From an uncultured Chloroflexia bacterium (GTDB taxonomy: Bacteria; Chloroflexota; Limnocylindria; Limnocylindrales; CSP1-4): a stretch of 64,000 nt of DNA. Location of the stretch: the NCBI GenBank assembly GCA_963752475.1, contig CAVVYR010000014.1, positions 64,001 to 128,000 of the forward strand, read 5' to 3'. Position 1 is the first letter of the stretch, and every line of letters starts with the position of its first letter. Below the pieces are notes generated by a model. That model saw only the letters and a list, made by a program, of their open reading frames with translations. It was not told where the DNA came from and did no database searches. Both the position numbers and the translations under genes were made by a program. Positions 47,208-56,453 of this stretch are shown here, piece by piece.

Positions 47208-49076
47208 CTAAACGAACGAGCGCTCCTGGCGCAGGTCTTCCTCGTACTGTTCGCGTGCTGCTCGCACCCCCTCCGAGGTGGACACCTCGGCCACCGGCAC
47301 ATCCCACCAGCTGTCGTAGGCAGGCACGCCGGGCTCGGGGTTCGTCTCGACCACGACGACCGAAGGCCTGTCGGTGACCGCCCGCGCATCTCGCAGCGCA
47401 CGCTCCAGCTCCTCTGGCGTACCGGCCTCGAAGACGGCCGCACCCAGGCTGGCGGCGTTGGCTGCGAAGTCGACCGGCAGCACCTCGCCACTGAACGTGC
47501 CGCTCTCGGGATCGCGAGCCCGGAAATCGTTGAACGGATTGTCCGCGCCGCACGCGCCCGAGAGGTTGCGGATGCAACGGAACCCGTGGTTGTCAAGGAG
47601 CACGATGGTGAGGGCGATACCCTCCTGCCGCGCCGTGAGGATCTCGTTGGCCAGCATCAGGTACGAGCCATCACCGACCATCACATGGACTCGCCGATCG
47701 GGCTCGGCCATGGCCACCCCCACCCCGCCGGCGATCTCGTAGCCCATCGTCGAGTTGCCGTACTCCATGTGGTAGCTGCCCGGTGTCGACGGGCGCCAGA
47801 GCTTGTGCATATCACCGGGCAGCCCGCCCGCGGCGCAGACGACGACGCCGTCACCAAGCTGCTCGTTGACCAGCCGGATGGCCTCGGGCTGCGAGACGTG
47901 CGTCTCCGCGGCGAGGTGCAGCACACGATCGGCCTCCGCCTGCCACTCCGTGCGCAGACGAGCCACGCGTTCACGCTGCTCGGCAGGAGCTCCGCCCCAG
48001 CCGCGGGCGTCGAGTGCCGCGTGCAGCTCGAGCAGCGCCACGCGGGCATCACCGACCAGCGGCAGCGCCGCAGCCTTGGCGGCGTCGAGCTCGGTCACGT
48101 TGATGGCCACGAACCGAACATCCGGATGCTGCCAGGCCGACCAGCTCATGGTCGGGAAGTCGGAGAGTCGAGTGCCGATGGCGATGACCATATCGGCGTC
48201 GTGTGCCACGGCGTTGCCGGCGCTGGTACCGGTGGAGCCGATGGCGCCCATGTTCAGAGGATGGTCCCAAGGCAGCGCGCCCTTTCCGGCCTGGGTCTCG
48301 GTGAAGGGCACATCGAATCGACTCACGAAGCCGTCGAGGGCATCGGCAGCATCGCTGTAGACCACTCCGCCGCCGACGACGATCATCGGCCGCTGCGCCT
48401 GCACGATGAGATCGGCCGCAGCAGCCAGCGAGGAGGTATCGGGACGGGTCCGTGGGATGACCCACGTCCGCGGCTCCAAGAGGCCCTCGGGCCACTCGTG
48501 TGCCTCCGCCTGGACGTCTTGGGGCAGGGCCAACGTCACCGCGCCGGTCTCGGCCGGTGACGTCAGCACGCGCATGGCCTGAGGCAGGGCGTCGATGAGC
48601 ATCTCCGGACGCTCGATGCGATCGAAGTAGCGCGAGACCGGGCGGAGGACATCGTTGGCGCTGACATCACCCGCGAGCGGGTGCTCCAGCTGCTGCAGCA
48701 CCGGTTTCACCCGCCGGGTGGCGAAGCGATCGCCGGGCAGGAGCAGCACGGGCAGGCGGTTGACCGTGGCGTTGGCGGCGCCGGTGACCATGTTCGTCGC
48801 ACCCGGCCCGATGGACGAGGTGCAGGCGAACGTGCCCAGGCGCCGAGACTGCTTGGCGAACGCCGCCGCCGTGTGCACCATGGCCTGCTCGTTGCGGGCC
48901 TGGTAGTAGCGCACGTCGTCCTGGGCAGCCTCGAGGGCCTCGCCGATGCCGGCCACGATGCCATGGCCGAAGATGCCGAAGACGCCTTCGAAGAAGCGTC
49001 GGCGCTCGCCATCGCGCTCGACGTACTGGTTGGCCAGCCAGGCCACGAGGGCCTGGGCGACGGTGACTCGGGGCAT
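47208..49076 (-). CDS. iolD: 3D-(3,5/4)-trihydroxycyclohexane-1,2-dione acylhydrolase
   Basis: GIFGHG, RNEQAM, TSSIGPGATN, PVLQQLE, MEYG.S.MGYEIAG, GDGSYLM, WWDVPV. Confidence 0.96.
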   Translation of the reverse strand: MPRVTVAQALVAWLANQYVERDGERRRFFEGVFGIFGHGIVAGIGEALEAAQDDVRYYQARNEQAMVHTAAAFAKQSRRLGTFACTSSIGPGATNMVTGAANATVNRLPVLLLPGDRFATRRVKPVLQQLEHPLAGDVSANDVLRPVSRYFDRIERPEMLIDALPQAMRVLTSPAETGAVTLALPQDVQAEAHEWPEGLLEPRTWVIPRTRPDTSSLAAAADLIVQAQRPMIVVGGGVVYSDAADALDGFVSRFDVPFTETQAGKGALPWDHPLNMGAIGSTGTSAGNAVAHDADMVIAIGTRLSDFPTMSWSAWQHPDVRFVAINVTELDAAKAAALPLVGDARVALLELHAALDARGWGGAPAEQRERVARLRTEWQAEADRVLHLAAETHVSQPEAIRLVNEQLGDGVVVCAAGGLPGDMHKLWRPSTPGSYHMEYGNSTMGYEIAGGVGVAMAEPDRRVHVMVGDGSYLMLANEILTARQEGIALTIVLLDNHGFRCIRNLSGACGADNPFNDFRARDPESGTFSGEVLPVDFAANAASLGAAVFEAGTPEELERALRDARAVTDRPSVVVVETNPEPGVPAYDSWWDVPVAEVSTSEGVRAAREQYEEDLRQERSFV

Positions 49077-49108
49077 GTCGCTACCTCCTCCTCGACGTCG
49101 CCCGGCGT

Positions 49109-50215
49109 CTACGCCTTGACGTCCGGGTTCGGGACCAGCAGGTCGTCGATCGTGCCCACCAGCTCCCAGTACGAAGCGAGGAAGCCACGCAGCGTGCGCT
49201 GGGTGGCGCCGTACGTGGCGAACTCGTCGATGGACAGACCGTCGGGCTCGTAGGCCTTGACGAACTCGGGGCACCGTTCGAGCAGCTCCTCGAGGTAGGC
49301 CTGGGGCACCGGGTCGCTCCAGCGGTCCCTGACCTCCACCGCGGAGTCGTTGAACAACCGCTGCCAGCCGTAGGGGATGGTCATCGAGACGTTGCCGCCG
49401 ATGAGCTCGGACCAATGGAGGTGGTGGCGATAGGCCGCGGCCAGCAGGCGCGTGCGGTAGCCACGCTCCTCGAAGATGGCGGCGGCGCGCTTGAAGACGG
49501 CCACGCCGGCCCAGTCCGCGGCGCCTGGTGTCAGCGTCACGCCCTCGCGCGCCGCCCAGGCCTTGACCCAGTCATCGGTGCGGCCGATCATGATCGTGGC
49601 TACCGGCGCCATCCACGACGTGTCATGCCCGGCGGCTTCGCGCTTGGCCAGCGCCCGCTCCATGGCCTCGCCCACCGCGAGTGCCTGGGGCACGGTGAAT
49701 GAGACCGTGGCGTTGATGTTGAGGCCATCCTCGGCCACCGCCTCCATGGCCTCGATGCCGGCCCTGACCGCGGGGAACTTGATCTGGACGTTGGGCGCGA
49801 GCGTCTCGAAGTGGCGCGCCTGCTCGATCATCCGCTCGGGCGAGCGGTTGAGGCTGGGGTCGATCTGGATCGAGAGCCGGCCCTTCTGGCCGTGGCTGGC
49901 CTCGTAGATGGGCTCGAGCATCTTCCAGCCGCGCACGGCCATCTCCTCGATCACCTGCCACGTGATCTGCACGTCGCTCCAGGTCGGGTTGGCGGCCGCG
50001 ATCTCCCGCACTCGCGGCGCCCACGTCTCGTACTCCTGCTGCATCACCGTGCCCACGATCGTGGGGTTGGTGGTGGCCCCCACCGCACCGTTCTCGATGG
50101 CGTAGCGCAGTTCGCTCTCGTTGCACGAGTCGTTCCAGTACTCGGTCGGGAACTCACTCGCGGTGCGCTCGAGCGGGCTGGCATCGCCGGTCGTCGGGAT
50201 AGGGGTCTGGGTCAT
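49109..50215 (-). CDS. Transaldolase-family protein (atypical active site)
   Basis: WNDS, GATTNPTI, GRLSIQID, NVQIKFP (Schiff-base Lys), INATVSF, MIGRTDD. Confidence 0.88.
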   Translation of the reverse strand: MTQTPIPTTGDASPLERTASEFPTEYWNDSCNESELRYAIENGAVGATTNPTIVGTVMQQEYETWAPRVREIAAANPTWSDVQITWQVIEEMAVRGWKMLEPIYEASHGQKGRLSIQIDPSLNRSPERMIEQARHFETLAPNVQIKFPAVRAGIEAMEAVAEDGLNINATVSFTVPQALAVGEAMERALAKREAAGHDTSWMAPVATIMIGRTDDWVKAWAAREGVTLTPGAADWAGVAVFKRAAAIFEERGYRTRLLAAAYRHHLHWSELIGGNVSMTIPYGWQRLFNDSAVEVRDRWSDPVPQAYLEELLERCPEFVKAYEPDGLSIDEFATYGATQRTLRGFLASYWELVGTIDDLLVPNPDVKA

Positions 50216-50238
50216 GGATCGGCTCCTGTGTCTTGGCC

Positions 50239-51075
50239 CTACTCGGGCAGGTTCGGGTCCCAGTTCATCAACCAGGCGTGGTCTGGATCGACGGTGAAAT
50301 GCCAGGCCCGGTTGGGACCGGCCATCACGTTCAGGTAGTAGGCGTCGTACCCGGCCGGTGCTCCGAAGGGGTGGTAGCCGCGAGGGATGAGCAACACGTC
50401 CCGGTCAGCGGGGGCGTACGACTCGTCGAGCGAGCGGTCGGGTGTGTAGACGCGAGCGAAGCCCCAGCCCTCAGGGCGCCGGAAGCGGTAGTAGTACAGC
50501 TCCTCGAGATAGGCCTCGGTCGGGGGGTCCTCCGTGTCGTGCTTGTGGGGCGGATAGCTGGACCAGTTCCCACCCGGGGTGAAGACCTCGAAGAGGATCA
50601 ATCGCCCGGCCTCGACGGTCGGCGGCAGCAGGTGATGGATCGTTCGTCGGGTGATGCCCTCTCCTCGGGTCTCCACGTGGATGTCCGCGGGCTCGAACAA
50701 CTGCGTGCGCCTGTGCTCGGCGGCGGGAGCCTCCGCGACGATGACGGTGGACTCATCCTCGGCGACGACCTCCAGATCGAGATCTGGCTCCAGCAGGAGC
50801 ACCGGTGGGGCCGCGCCGTCGAAGACCGTGGCCCGACTCCCGAGCGACATCCATCGCTGGGATCCAGCGCGCACGCTGATGCTGCCTTCGAGCGCGACCA
50901 CGACGCGTTCGCGCTCCTCGGCGGGGCGTGCGACCGACTGGCCGGCCCGCAGGCGGTGCTCGGCGAAGCCCACGTAGCGCCAGCCGGCCGACTCCGGTGT
51001 GATGTCGTGGATCGTGCCCGTCCGCGCGGCTGCACGGCGAAGCAGCGCGTGCGACCCGACGCTGACGTTCGACAT
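50239..51075 (-). CDS. iolB: 5-deoxy-glucuronate isomerase
   Basis: GNWSSYPPHKHD, LEELYYY, GYHP, YYLNVMAGP; ATG 51075 after GGGAGGAG. Confidence 0.96.
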   Translation of the reverse strand: MSNVSVGSHALLRRAAARTGTIHDITPESAGWRYVGFAEHRLRAGQSVARPAEERERVVVALEGSISVRAGSQRWMSLGSRATVFDGAAPPVLLLEPDLDLEVVAEDESTVIVAEAPAAEHRRTQLFEPADIHVETRGEGITRRTIHHLLPPTVEAGRLILFEVFTPGGNWSSYPPHKHDTEDPPTEAYLEELYYYRFRRPEGWGFARVYTPDRSLDESYAPADRDVLLIPRGYHPFGAPAGYDAYYLNVMAGPNRAWHFTVDPDHAWLMNWDPNLPE

Positions 51076-51155
51076 GCGCCCACTCCTCCCGTGCTCCGGA
51101 CAGGCCCGCGCTCGCTCGCGCAACGGACGAGTGGACGAACGCTCGGCCCGCTACC

Positions 51156-51184
51156 ATCATACGCGCTGACGTAAACGTTTACAC
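51156..51184 (-). promoter_or_regulatory. iolB promoter with an overlapping LacI-type operator
   Basis: GTGTAA, 17 nt, TATGAT on the minus strand; perfect palindrome GTAAACGTTTAC at 51171-51182. Confidence 0.75.
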
Positions 51185-51276
51185 GTCGTCAGTGGGGAGC
51201 GCCCATCGACGTTGCACCGCCATCCACGATCAGGCCGAGACGCGCCAGACGACGCATCGCCAAGGCAGGAACCACG

Positions 51277-52344
51277 ATGCCCGACCACAACGAAGCCACC
51301 AAGCCAGCGACCATCCGTGAGGTCGCCGCGCGGGCCGGCGTTTCCACCGCTACCGTCAGCCGTTCACTGCGTGGTGGTGCGGGTGTGGAGCCGGCGACGC
51401 GCAAGAAGGTAGAGGAGGCGGCCCACGAGCTGCGGTACCGCCCGTCCGGCGTGGCTCGTTCGCTGAAGCTGCGCGCCACCAGCACCGTCGGTCTCATCGT
51501 GACCGACATCGAGAACCCCTACTTCCCGCAGATCGTGAGCGCGGTCGAGGATGCCGCGCGCGACCGTGGCTACACGGTCCTGCTGGCCGATGGGCGACGC
51601 GACCCGGAGCGCGAGCTCGAGTCGCTCGACATCCTCGCGGAGCGTGAGGTCGACGGCATGATCATCGCCAGCACCGCTGTCACGCAACGACACCGCGAGC
51701 GCATCCACGAGCTTCACTGCCCAGCCGTCATCGCCAACAGCGAGTCGACCGTGCCGGGTGTGCCGGCCGTGATGTCGGACAACGTCATGGGCGGCCGCAT
51801 CGCCGCCGAGCACGTCCTCGACCTGGGGCATCGGAAGCTCGTCTTCGTCGGCGATGATGATGACCACAACAGCGCGGTACAGGCGCGCATCGATGGCGCC
51901 CGGGCCGCGGTCGCCGAACGGGACGGTGCCGCATTCCGCTCGGTCGCCACGGTCGGTATCGGTGACGCCGCCGTCGAGGGTGGCATCCGCGCGGCCAGGC
52001 GTCTGGTCGACGGTTCGTTCGAGGAGACGGCCGTGCTCTGTCGCAACGACCTCACGGCCATCGGCGTCATGCGCGGACTGCTCACGGCCGGACTTCGCAT
52101 CCCCGACGACATCAGCGTGGTCGGCTACGACGACATCGAACTCGCCGCCTACGTCGACCCCTCGCTCACCACCGTCCGGCAGTCGACCGAGGAGATGGCC
52201 CGTCTGGCGGTGGCGACGTTGTTCGAGCGCCTGGGTCAGGGACGGGAGGCCGCCGACGAGCATCCCGATGCGCCACCCGGTGAGACGACGCGCGTGCCGG
52301 TGGAACTGGTGACGCGCGCCTCGAGCGGCCCCGCTCCTCGCTGA
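51277..52344 (+). CDS. LacI-family transcriptional regulator
   Basis: TIREVAARAGVSTATVSR, IPDDISVVGYDD, PSLTTVRQ. Confidence 0.96.
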   Translation: MPDHNEATKPATIREVAARAGVSTATVSRSLRGGAGVEPATRKKVEEAAHELRYRPSGVARSLKLRATSTVGLIVTDIENPYFPQIVSAVEDAARDRGYTVLLADGRRDPERELESLDILAEREVDGMIIASTAVTQRHRERIHELHCPAVIANSESTVPGVPAVMSDNVMGGRIAAEHVLDLGHRKLVFVGDDDDHNSAVQARIDGARAAVAERDGAAFRSVATVGIGDAAVEGGIRAARRLVDGSFEETAVLCRNDLTAIGVMRGLLTAGLRIPDDISVVGYDDIELAAYVDPSLTTVRQSTEEMARLAVATLFERLGQGREAADEHPDAPPGETTRVPVELVTRASSGPAPR

Positions 52345-52450
52345 TCCTCCTGGCGGGACGAGCCGGCGACGCAGTCGTCCGAAGCCGTAAGATGCGTGTT
52401 TGCGAGGTGGTAGCGACTCGCTATCGACATAGGAGGAGGTCTCCGAGCAG

Positions 52451-53449
52451 ATGAGGATCGCCATGTTCGGAGCGGGGCGTATCGCGCCGCTGCACGCCCG
52501 AACACTCAAGGCATCGCCGGACGTGTCCACCATCTCCATCACCGACGCCGTGCCGGAACGCGCCGCAGCGGCCGCCTCCGATCTGGGACTCGAGCATGTG
52601 GCTTCGGCGGACGAGGCCCTGGCCGCCGCCGACGCTGTCGTCGTCGTCGCCGCTACGAACGCCCACGCCGAGCTCATCCGAGCGGCGCTCGCGCGCGACC
52701 TCCCGACCTTCTGCGAGAAACCGCTGGCACCCTCGCTCGGGGAGTCGGCCACCCTGGCCGCGGAGATCGAGGCCGCCAAGGCTTCGGTGCAGGTCGGTTT
52801 CCAGCGACGCTTCGACCCGGCCTACGTCGAGGCCCGTCGACTGATCGAGTCCGGAGAGCTCGGCGACGTCTACACCATCAGCATGCGCAGCCATGACCCC
52901 GAGCCCGCATCGGAAGAGTTCATCGCGTCGTCCGGCGGCATGTTCAGCGACCTCTCCATCCACGACCTCGATGTGCTCCGGTTCCTCAGCGGGCGGGAGG
53001 CGACGGAGGTCTACTGTGTCGGTAGCGCCAAGGGCTTTCCGCAGTACGCGAAGTACGACGACTTCGCCAACGCAGTCGCGCTCATCACGCTCGATGACGG
53101 CACACCCGTCACGCTCACCTGGACGCGCCACGATCCCTTGGGCCATGACGTCCGCGCCGAGGTCTTCGGCTCACGCGACAGCGTCGCGGTCGGCCTGGGC
53201 CCGAGGATGCCGCTGCGTTCGGTAGAACCAGGCGTCCCGCCGCCCGAGGGTCCGCCCTGGACGATCTTCCTCGACCGCTGGGATGACGCCTATCGCGATG
53301 AGCTCCTCGCCTTCGTCGACATGGCCGCCGGTCGACTCGAGAACCCCTGCACCGCCAACGACGGCGTCGAAGCGCTGCGCCTGGCCGAAGCACTGACGGT
53401 GTCAGCCCGGGAACGCCGGATCGTGCGCATGTCCGAGGTCCCCGCATGA
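52451..53449 (+). CDS. iolG: Gfo/Idh/MocA oxidoreductase, probable inositol 2-dehydrogenase
   Basis: GAGRIA, CEKP, GFQRRFD, SGGMFSDLSIHD; located in the iol locus. Confidence 0.82.
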   Translation: MRIAMFGAGRIAPLHARTLKASPDVSTISITDAVPERAAAAASDLGLEHVASADEALAAADAVVVVAATNAHAELIRAALARDLPTFCEKPLAPSLGESATLAAEIEAAKASVQVGFQRRFDPAYVEARRLIESGELGDVYTISMRSHDPEPASEEFIASSGGMFSDLSIHDLDVLRFLSGREATEVYCVGSAKGFPQYAKYDDFANAVALITLDDGTPVTLTWTRHDPLGHDVRAEVFGSRDSVAVGLGPRMPLRSVEPGVPPPEGPPWTIFLDRWDDAYRDELLAFVDMAAGRLENPCTANDGVEALRLAEALTVSARERRIVRMSEVPA

Positions 53450-54240
53450 GCGACGCGACGACGACCGGCACACCGGTCATCGAAGCGCGCAACATCTCCA
53501 AGCACTTCGGGCATGTCAACGCCCTCGTGGGCGTCGACCTCACCCTGGCCCGGGGCGAGGTGCTCGGCGTCGTCGGCGATAACGGCGCCGGCAAGTCCAC
53601 CCTTATGAAGATCCTCTCCGGCGTCCACCCCGCCAGCAGCGGCGAACTGCTCGTCGACGGGCAGGTGGTGCACTTCGCCAACCCCGGCGATGCGCGCCGC
53701 ATCGGCATCGAGATGGTCTACCAGGACCTCGCCCTCGCAGGCAACCTGCGCATCGACGAGAACATCTTCCTGGGCCGCGAGCAGACGCGGAAGATCGGCC
53801 CCATCTCGCTCGTGGACCACCAGGCCAACCAGGCCCGAGCCATGGAGCACCTCGACAACCTCAGGATCCGTGTCAAGAGCGTCGGTCAGCGGGTCGAGGA
53901 GCTCTCCGGTGGTCAGCGCCAGGCCGTGGCCGTCGCGCGAGCGACCGCCTTCGATGCCAAGGTCGTGATCATGGACGAGCCCACCGCTGCGCTCGCGGTC
54001 AAGGAGGTGGCCAAGGTCCTCGATCTCATCAAGGGCCTGCGCGACAAGGGCATCGCGGTGATCCTCATCAGCCATCGTCTGGACGACATCTTCTACGTCT
54101 GCGACCGCGTGATGGCGCTCTACCACGGTCGCAACTTCGCCGACGGCGCGCTCGAGGGCATCGAACGCAACGAGGTCGTGGGCTGGATCATGGGCAACAA
54201 GGACGGCGCCGGCACCGAAGCCGCAGTCGACCACAACTAG
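53446..54240 (+). CDS. Sugar ABC transporter ATPase (single domain)
   Basis: GDNGAGKS, YQDLAL, LSGGQRQ, MDEPTAAL. Confidence 0.93.
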   Translation: MSDATTTGTPVIEARNISKHFGHVNALVGVDLTLARGEVLGVVGDNGAGKSTLMKILSGVHPASSGELLVDGQVVHFANPGDARRIGIEMVYQDLALAGNLRIDENIFLGREQTRKIGPISLVDHQANQARAMEHLDNLRIRVKSVGQRVEELSGGQRQAVAVARATAFDAKVVIMDEPTAALAVKEVAKVLDLIKGLRDKGIAVILISHRLDDIFYVCDRVMALYHGRNFADGALEGIERNEVVGWIMGNKDGAGTEAAVDHN

Positions 54241-54249
54241 GGCCGCGAG

Positions 54250-55269
54250 ATGTCAGAAGCCACGACCCCTGTCACCGACGCCGAAGAGACCTATCTGGAC
54301 GAACCCACCACGCTGGTCCGGATCATGGGCTGGGTCGACCGTTGGGGCGCCCTGTTCCTGGTACTCGTGATGGTGGTGCTGTCGTTCATCGCCCAGCCAG
54401 ACGTCTTCCTGACCGAGCGCAACGTCGGCAACATCTTCCGCCAGAACAGCTTCTACGCGATGCTTGCGCTGGGGCAGTTCATCGTCATCGTGACCGCCGG
54501 CATCGACCTGTCGGTCGGCTCGACGATGGCCTTGGCCGCGATGACCGCGGCTGTCCTCGCGGACGCGGAGATCTTCTGGCCGCTGGTGTTCCTGGCACCG
54601 TTCATCGTCGGTCTCGCCGTCGGCACCATCAACGGCCTGGGCTTGACCAGGCTGCACATGCCCCACCCCTTCATCATGACCCTGGGCATGCTCTTCATCG
54701 TGAGAGGCATCACCAACCTCATATCAGGTGGTGTGCCTATCAGCGGCCTCCCCGACGAGGTCCGTTTCCTGGGCGCCAACAACATCCCCGGTACGCTCAT
54801 CCCGGTCAGCCTCATCGTGGTGGTGGTGACGTACTTCGTGGTCTGGCTCTTCCTCAACCACGGCCGCCAGGGCCGCCACATCTTCGCCATCGGCGGCAAT
54901 CCGCAGGCGGCCAAGGTCAGTGGCGTGCCGGTGGAGCGGACGCTGGTGCTGGCGTACGCGCTCTGCGGGCTGCTCGCGGGCTTTGCCGGCCTGCTCCTTG
55001 CCGGCCGCACCAACTCAGGCTTCCCTGCAGCCGGCACCGGCGACGAGCTCTACGCCATCGCCGCGGTCATCATCGGCGGCGCCAGCTTCTTCGGTGGCCG
55101 TGGCACCGTACTGGGCGTCTTCGCCGGCGTGCTCGTCATCGGCATGCTGCGGAACCTGCTCAACCTGTCCGGCATCCCGTCGTTCTGGCAGCAGGTCGCC
55201 ATCGGCGTCGTGATCATCGGCGTCGTCGCCTTCGATGTCTTCCGTCGACGTGTCGCCGCTTCGGCTTGA
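54250..55269 (+). CDS. Sugar ABC permease (RbsC-like)
   Basis: GIDLSVGS, PFIMTLG, AIGGNPQAAKVSG, AAVIIGG. Confidence 0.93.
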   Translation: MSEATTPVTDAEETYLDEPTTLVRIMGWVDRWGALFLVLVMVVLSFIAQPDVFLTERNVGNIFRQNSFYAMLALGQFIVIVTAGIDLSVGSTMALAAMTAAVLADAEIFWPLVFLAPFIVGLAVGTINGLGLTRLHMPHPFIMTLGMLFIVRGITNLISGGVPISGLPDEVRFLGANNIPGTLIPVSLIVVVVTYFVVWLFLNHGRQGRHIFAIGGNPQAAKVSGVPVERTLVLAYALCGLLAGFAGLLLAGRTNSGFPAAGTGDELYAIAAVIIGGASFFGGRGTVLGVFAGVLVIGMLRNLLNLSGIPSFWQQVAIGVVIIGVVAFDVFRRRVAASA

Positions 55270-55425
55270 CAGTGCCCCGCCTTGGGCGGAGCGTATGTCG
55301 GGACCGACGCCAGCCAAGAAGGAGGTAGCCATCCGAGGTCAGGTCTGATCGTTCGTAGGAGGTGTGTACGGTGCTCCCCTGGGCAAGCCATGCCCGCACC
55401 GTCAGACGCAACTGGAGGAGGAACC

Positions 55426-56388
55426 TTGAAGACGACTCGAATCACAGGTCTTGCCGCTGCCGGCGTGCTGGCCGTTACGGCCATCACCCCCGTCGTCGCG
55501 CAGGACGAGATGAAGGATCCCGGCGCTGCCGCGGACAGCAAGCTGTACATGAACATGAAGGGCCCCGGCGCAGGCAACCCCTTCTGGGCCGCCGTCGAGG
55601 CCGGCGCGGTCGCCGCCGGCGAGGACTATGGCGTCGACCTGACCGTGCTGGCACCGCCGACGGAGTCCGATGTGACCGCGCAGATCGCTCAGGTCGAGGA
55701 CGCGGTGGCGCAGGGTGCGGCCGGCATCGCCATCGCCCCCACTGACCCCGAGGCCCTGGGCCCGGCGCTCGACGATGCCCTCGCGCAGGACGTGAACATC
55801 GTGTTCGTGGATTCCAACGGGAACAACGAGGGTGTGACCTTCATCGGCACCGACAATCAGGCAGGTGCCGCCATCGCCGGCGAGTACCTGTGCGACAACC
55901 TCGAAGAGGGCTCCAAGGTCGCTCTGCTCCAGGGCATCATCAGCACCACGACCGGCCAGCTGCGTGCCGAGGGTGGCGCTGAGGCGCTCAAGGCCTGTGG
56001 CCTCGATCTCGTGGCCGAGCTGCCCGCTGACTGGGACGTTCAGAGGGGCCAGGCCGTGACCGAGGACATCCTGACCCAGCACCCCGACCTCGCCGGCATC
56101 TTCGCGAGCAACGACAACATGGCGCTGGGCGCTATCGAGGCGCTCCGGCTGCAGGGCCTCATCGACCAGGTCACCGTGGTCGGCTTCGATGCCAACCCCA
56201 ACGCAGCTGACTCGATCCTTGCCGGCGAGATGTCAGCGACCGTCGCCCAGAACCCGTTCAACATGGGCTACTTCGGCGTCGAGAGTCTCATCGCGCTCAT
56301 CAACGGTGAGATGCTCGACCCGGTGATCGACACCGGCACCGTGCTCGTCACCGCCGAGAACGCCGCGGAGTTCGCTTCCGGCGAGTGA
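55426..56388 (+). CDS. Sugar ABC substrate-binding protein (RbsB-like, probably inositol)
   Basis: TTG 55426 after GGAGGAGG; signal peptide; NPFW, IGTDN, NDNMALG, VGFD, VAQNP. Confidence 0.92.
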   Translation: MKTTRITGLAAAGVLAVTAITPVVAQDEMKDPGAAADSKLYMNMKGPGAGNPFWAAVEAGAVAAGEDYGVDLTVLAPPTESDVTAQIAQVEDAVAQGAAGIAIAPTDPEALGPALDDALAQDVNIVFVDSNGNNEGVTFIGTDNQAGAAIAGEYLCDNLEEGSKVALLQGIISTTTGQLRAEGGAEALKACGLDLVAELPADWDVQRGQAVTEDILTQHPDLAGIFASNDNMALGAIEALRLQGLIDQVTVVGFDANPNAADSILAGEMSATVAQNPFNMGYFGVESLIALINGEMLDPVIDTGTVLVTAENAAEFASGE

Positions 56389-56401
56389 CCCTAGCGTTTC
56401 G

Positions 56402-56440
56402 AGAAGCCGCTCGCGCCCTCAGAGGCCGGGCGGCTTCTTC
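56402..56440. terminator. Hairpin terminator between convergent genes
   Basis: agaagccgctcg pairs with cgggcggcttct, followed by tc. Confidence 0.7.
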
Positions 56441-56453
56441 GTGTCCGGAGGGT

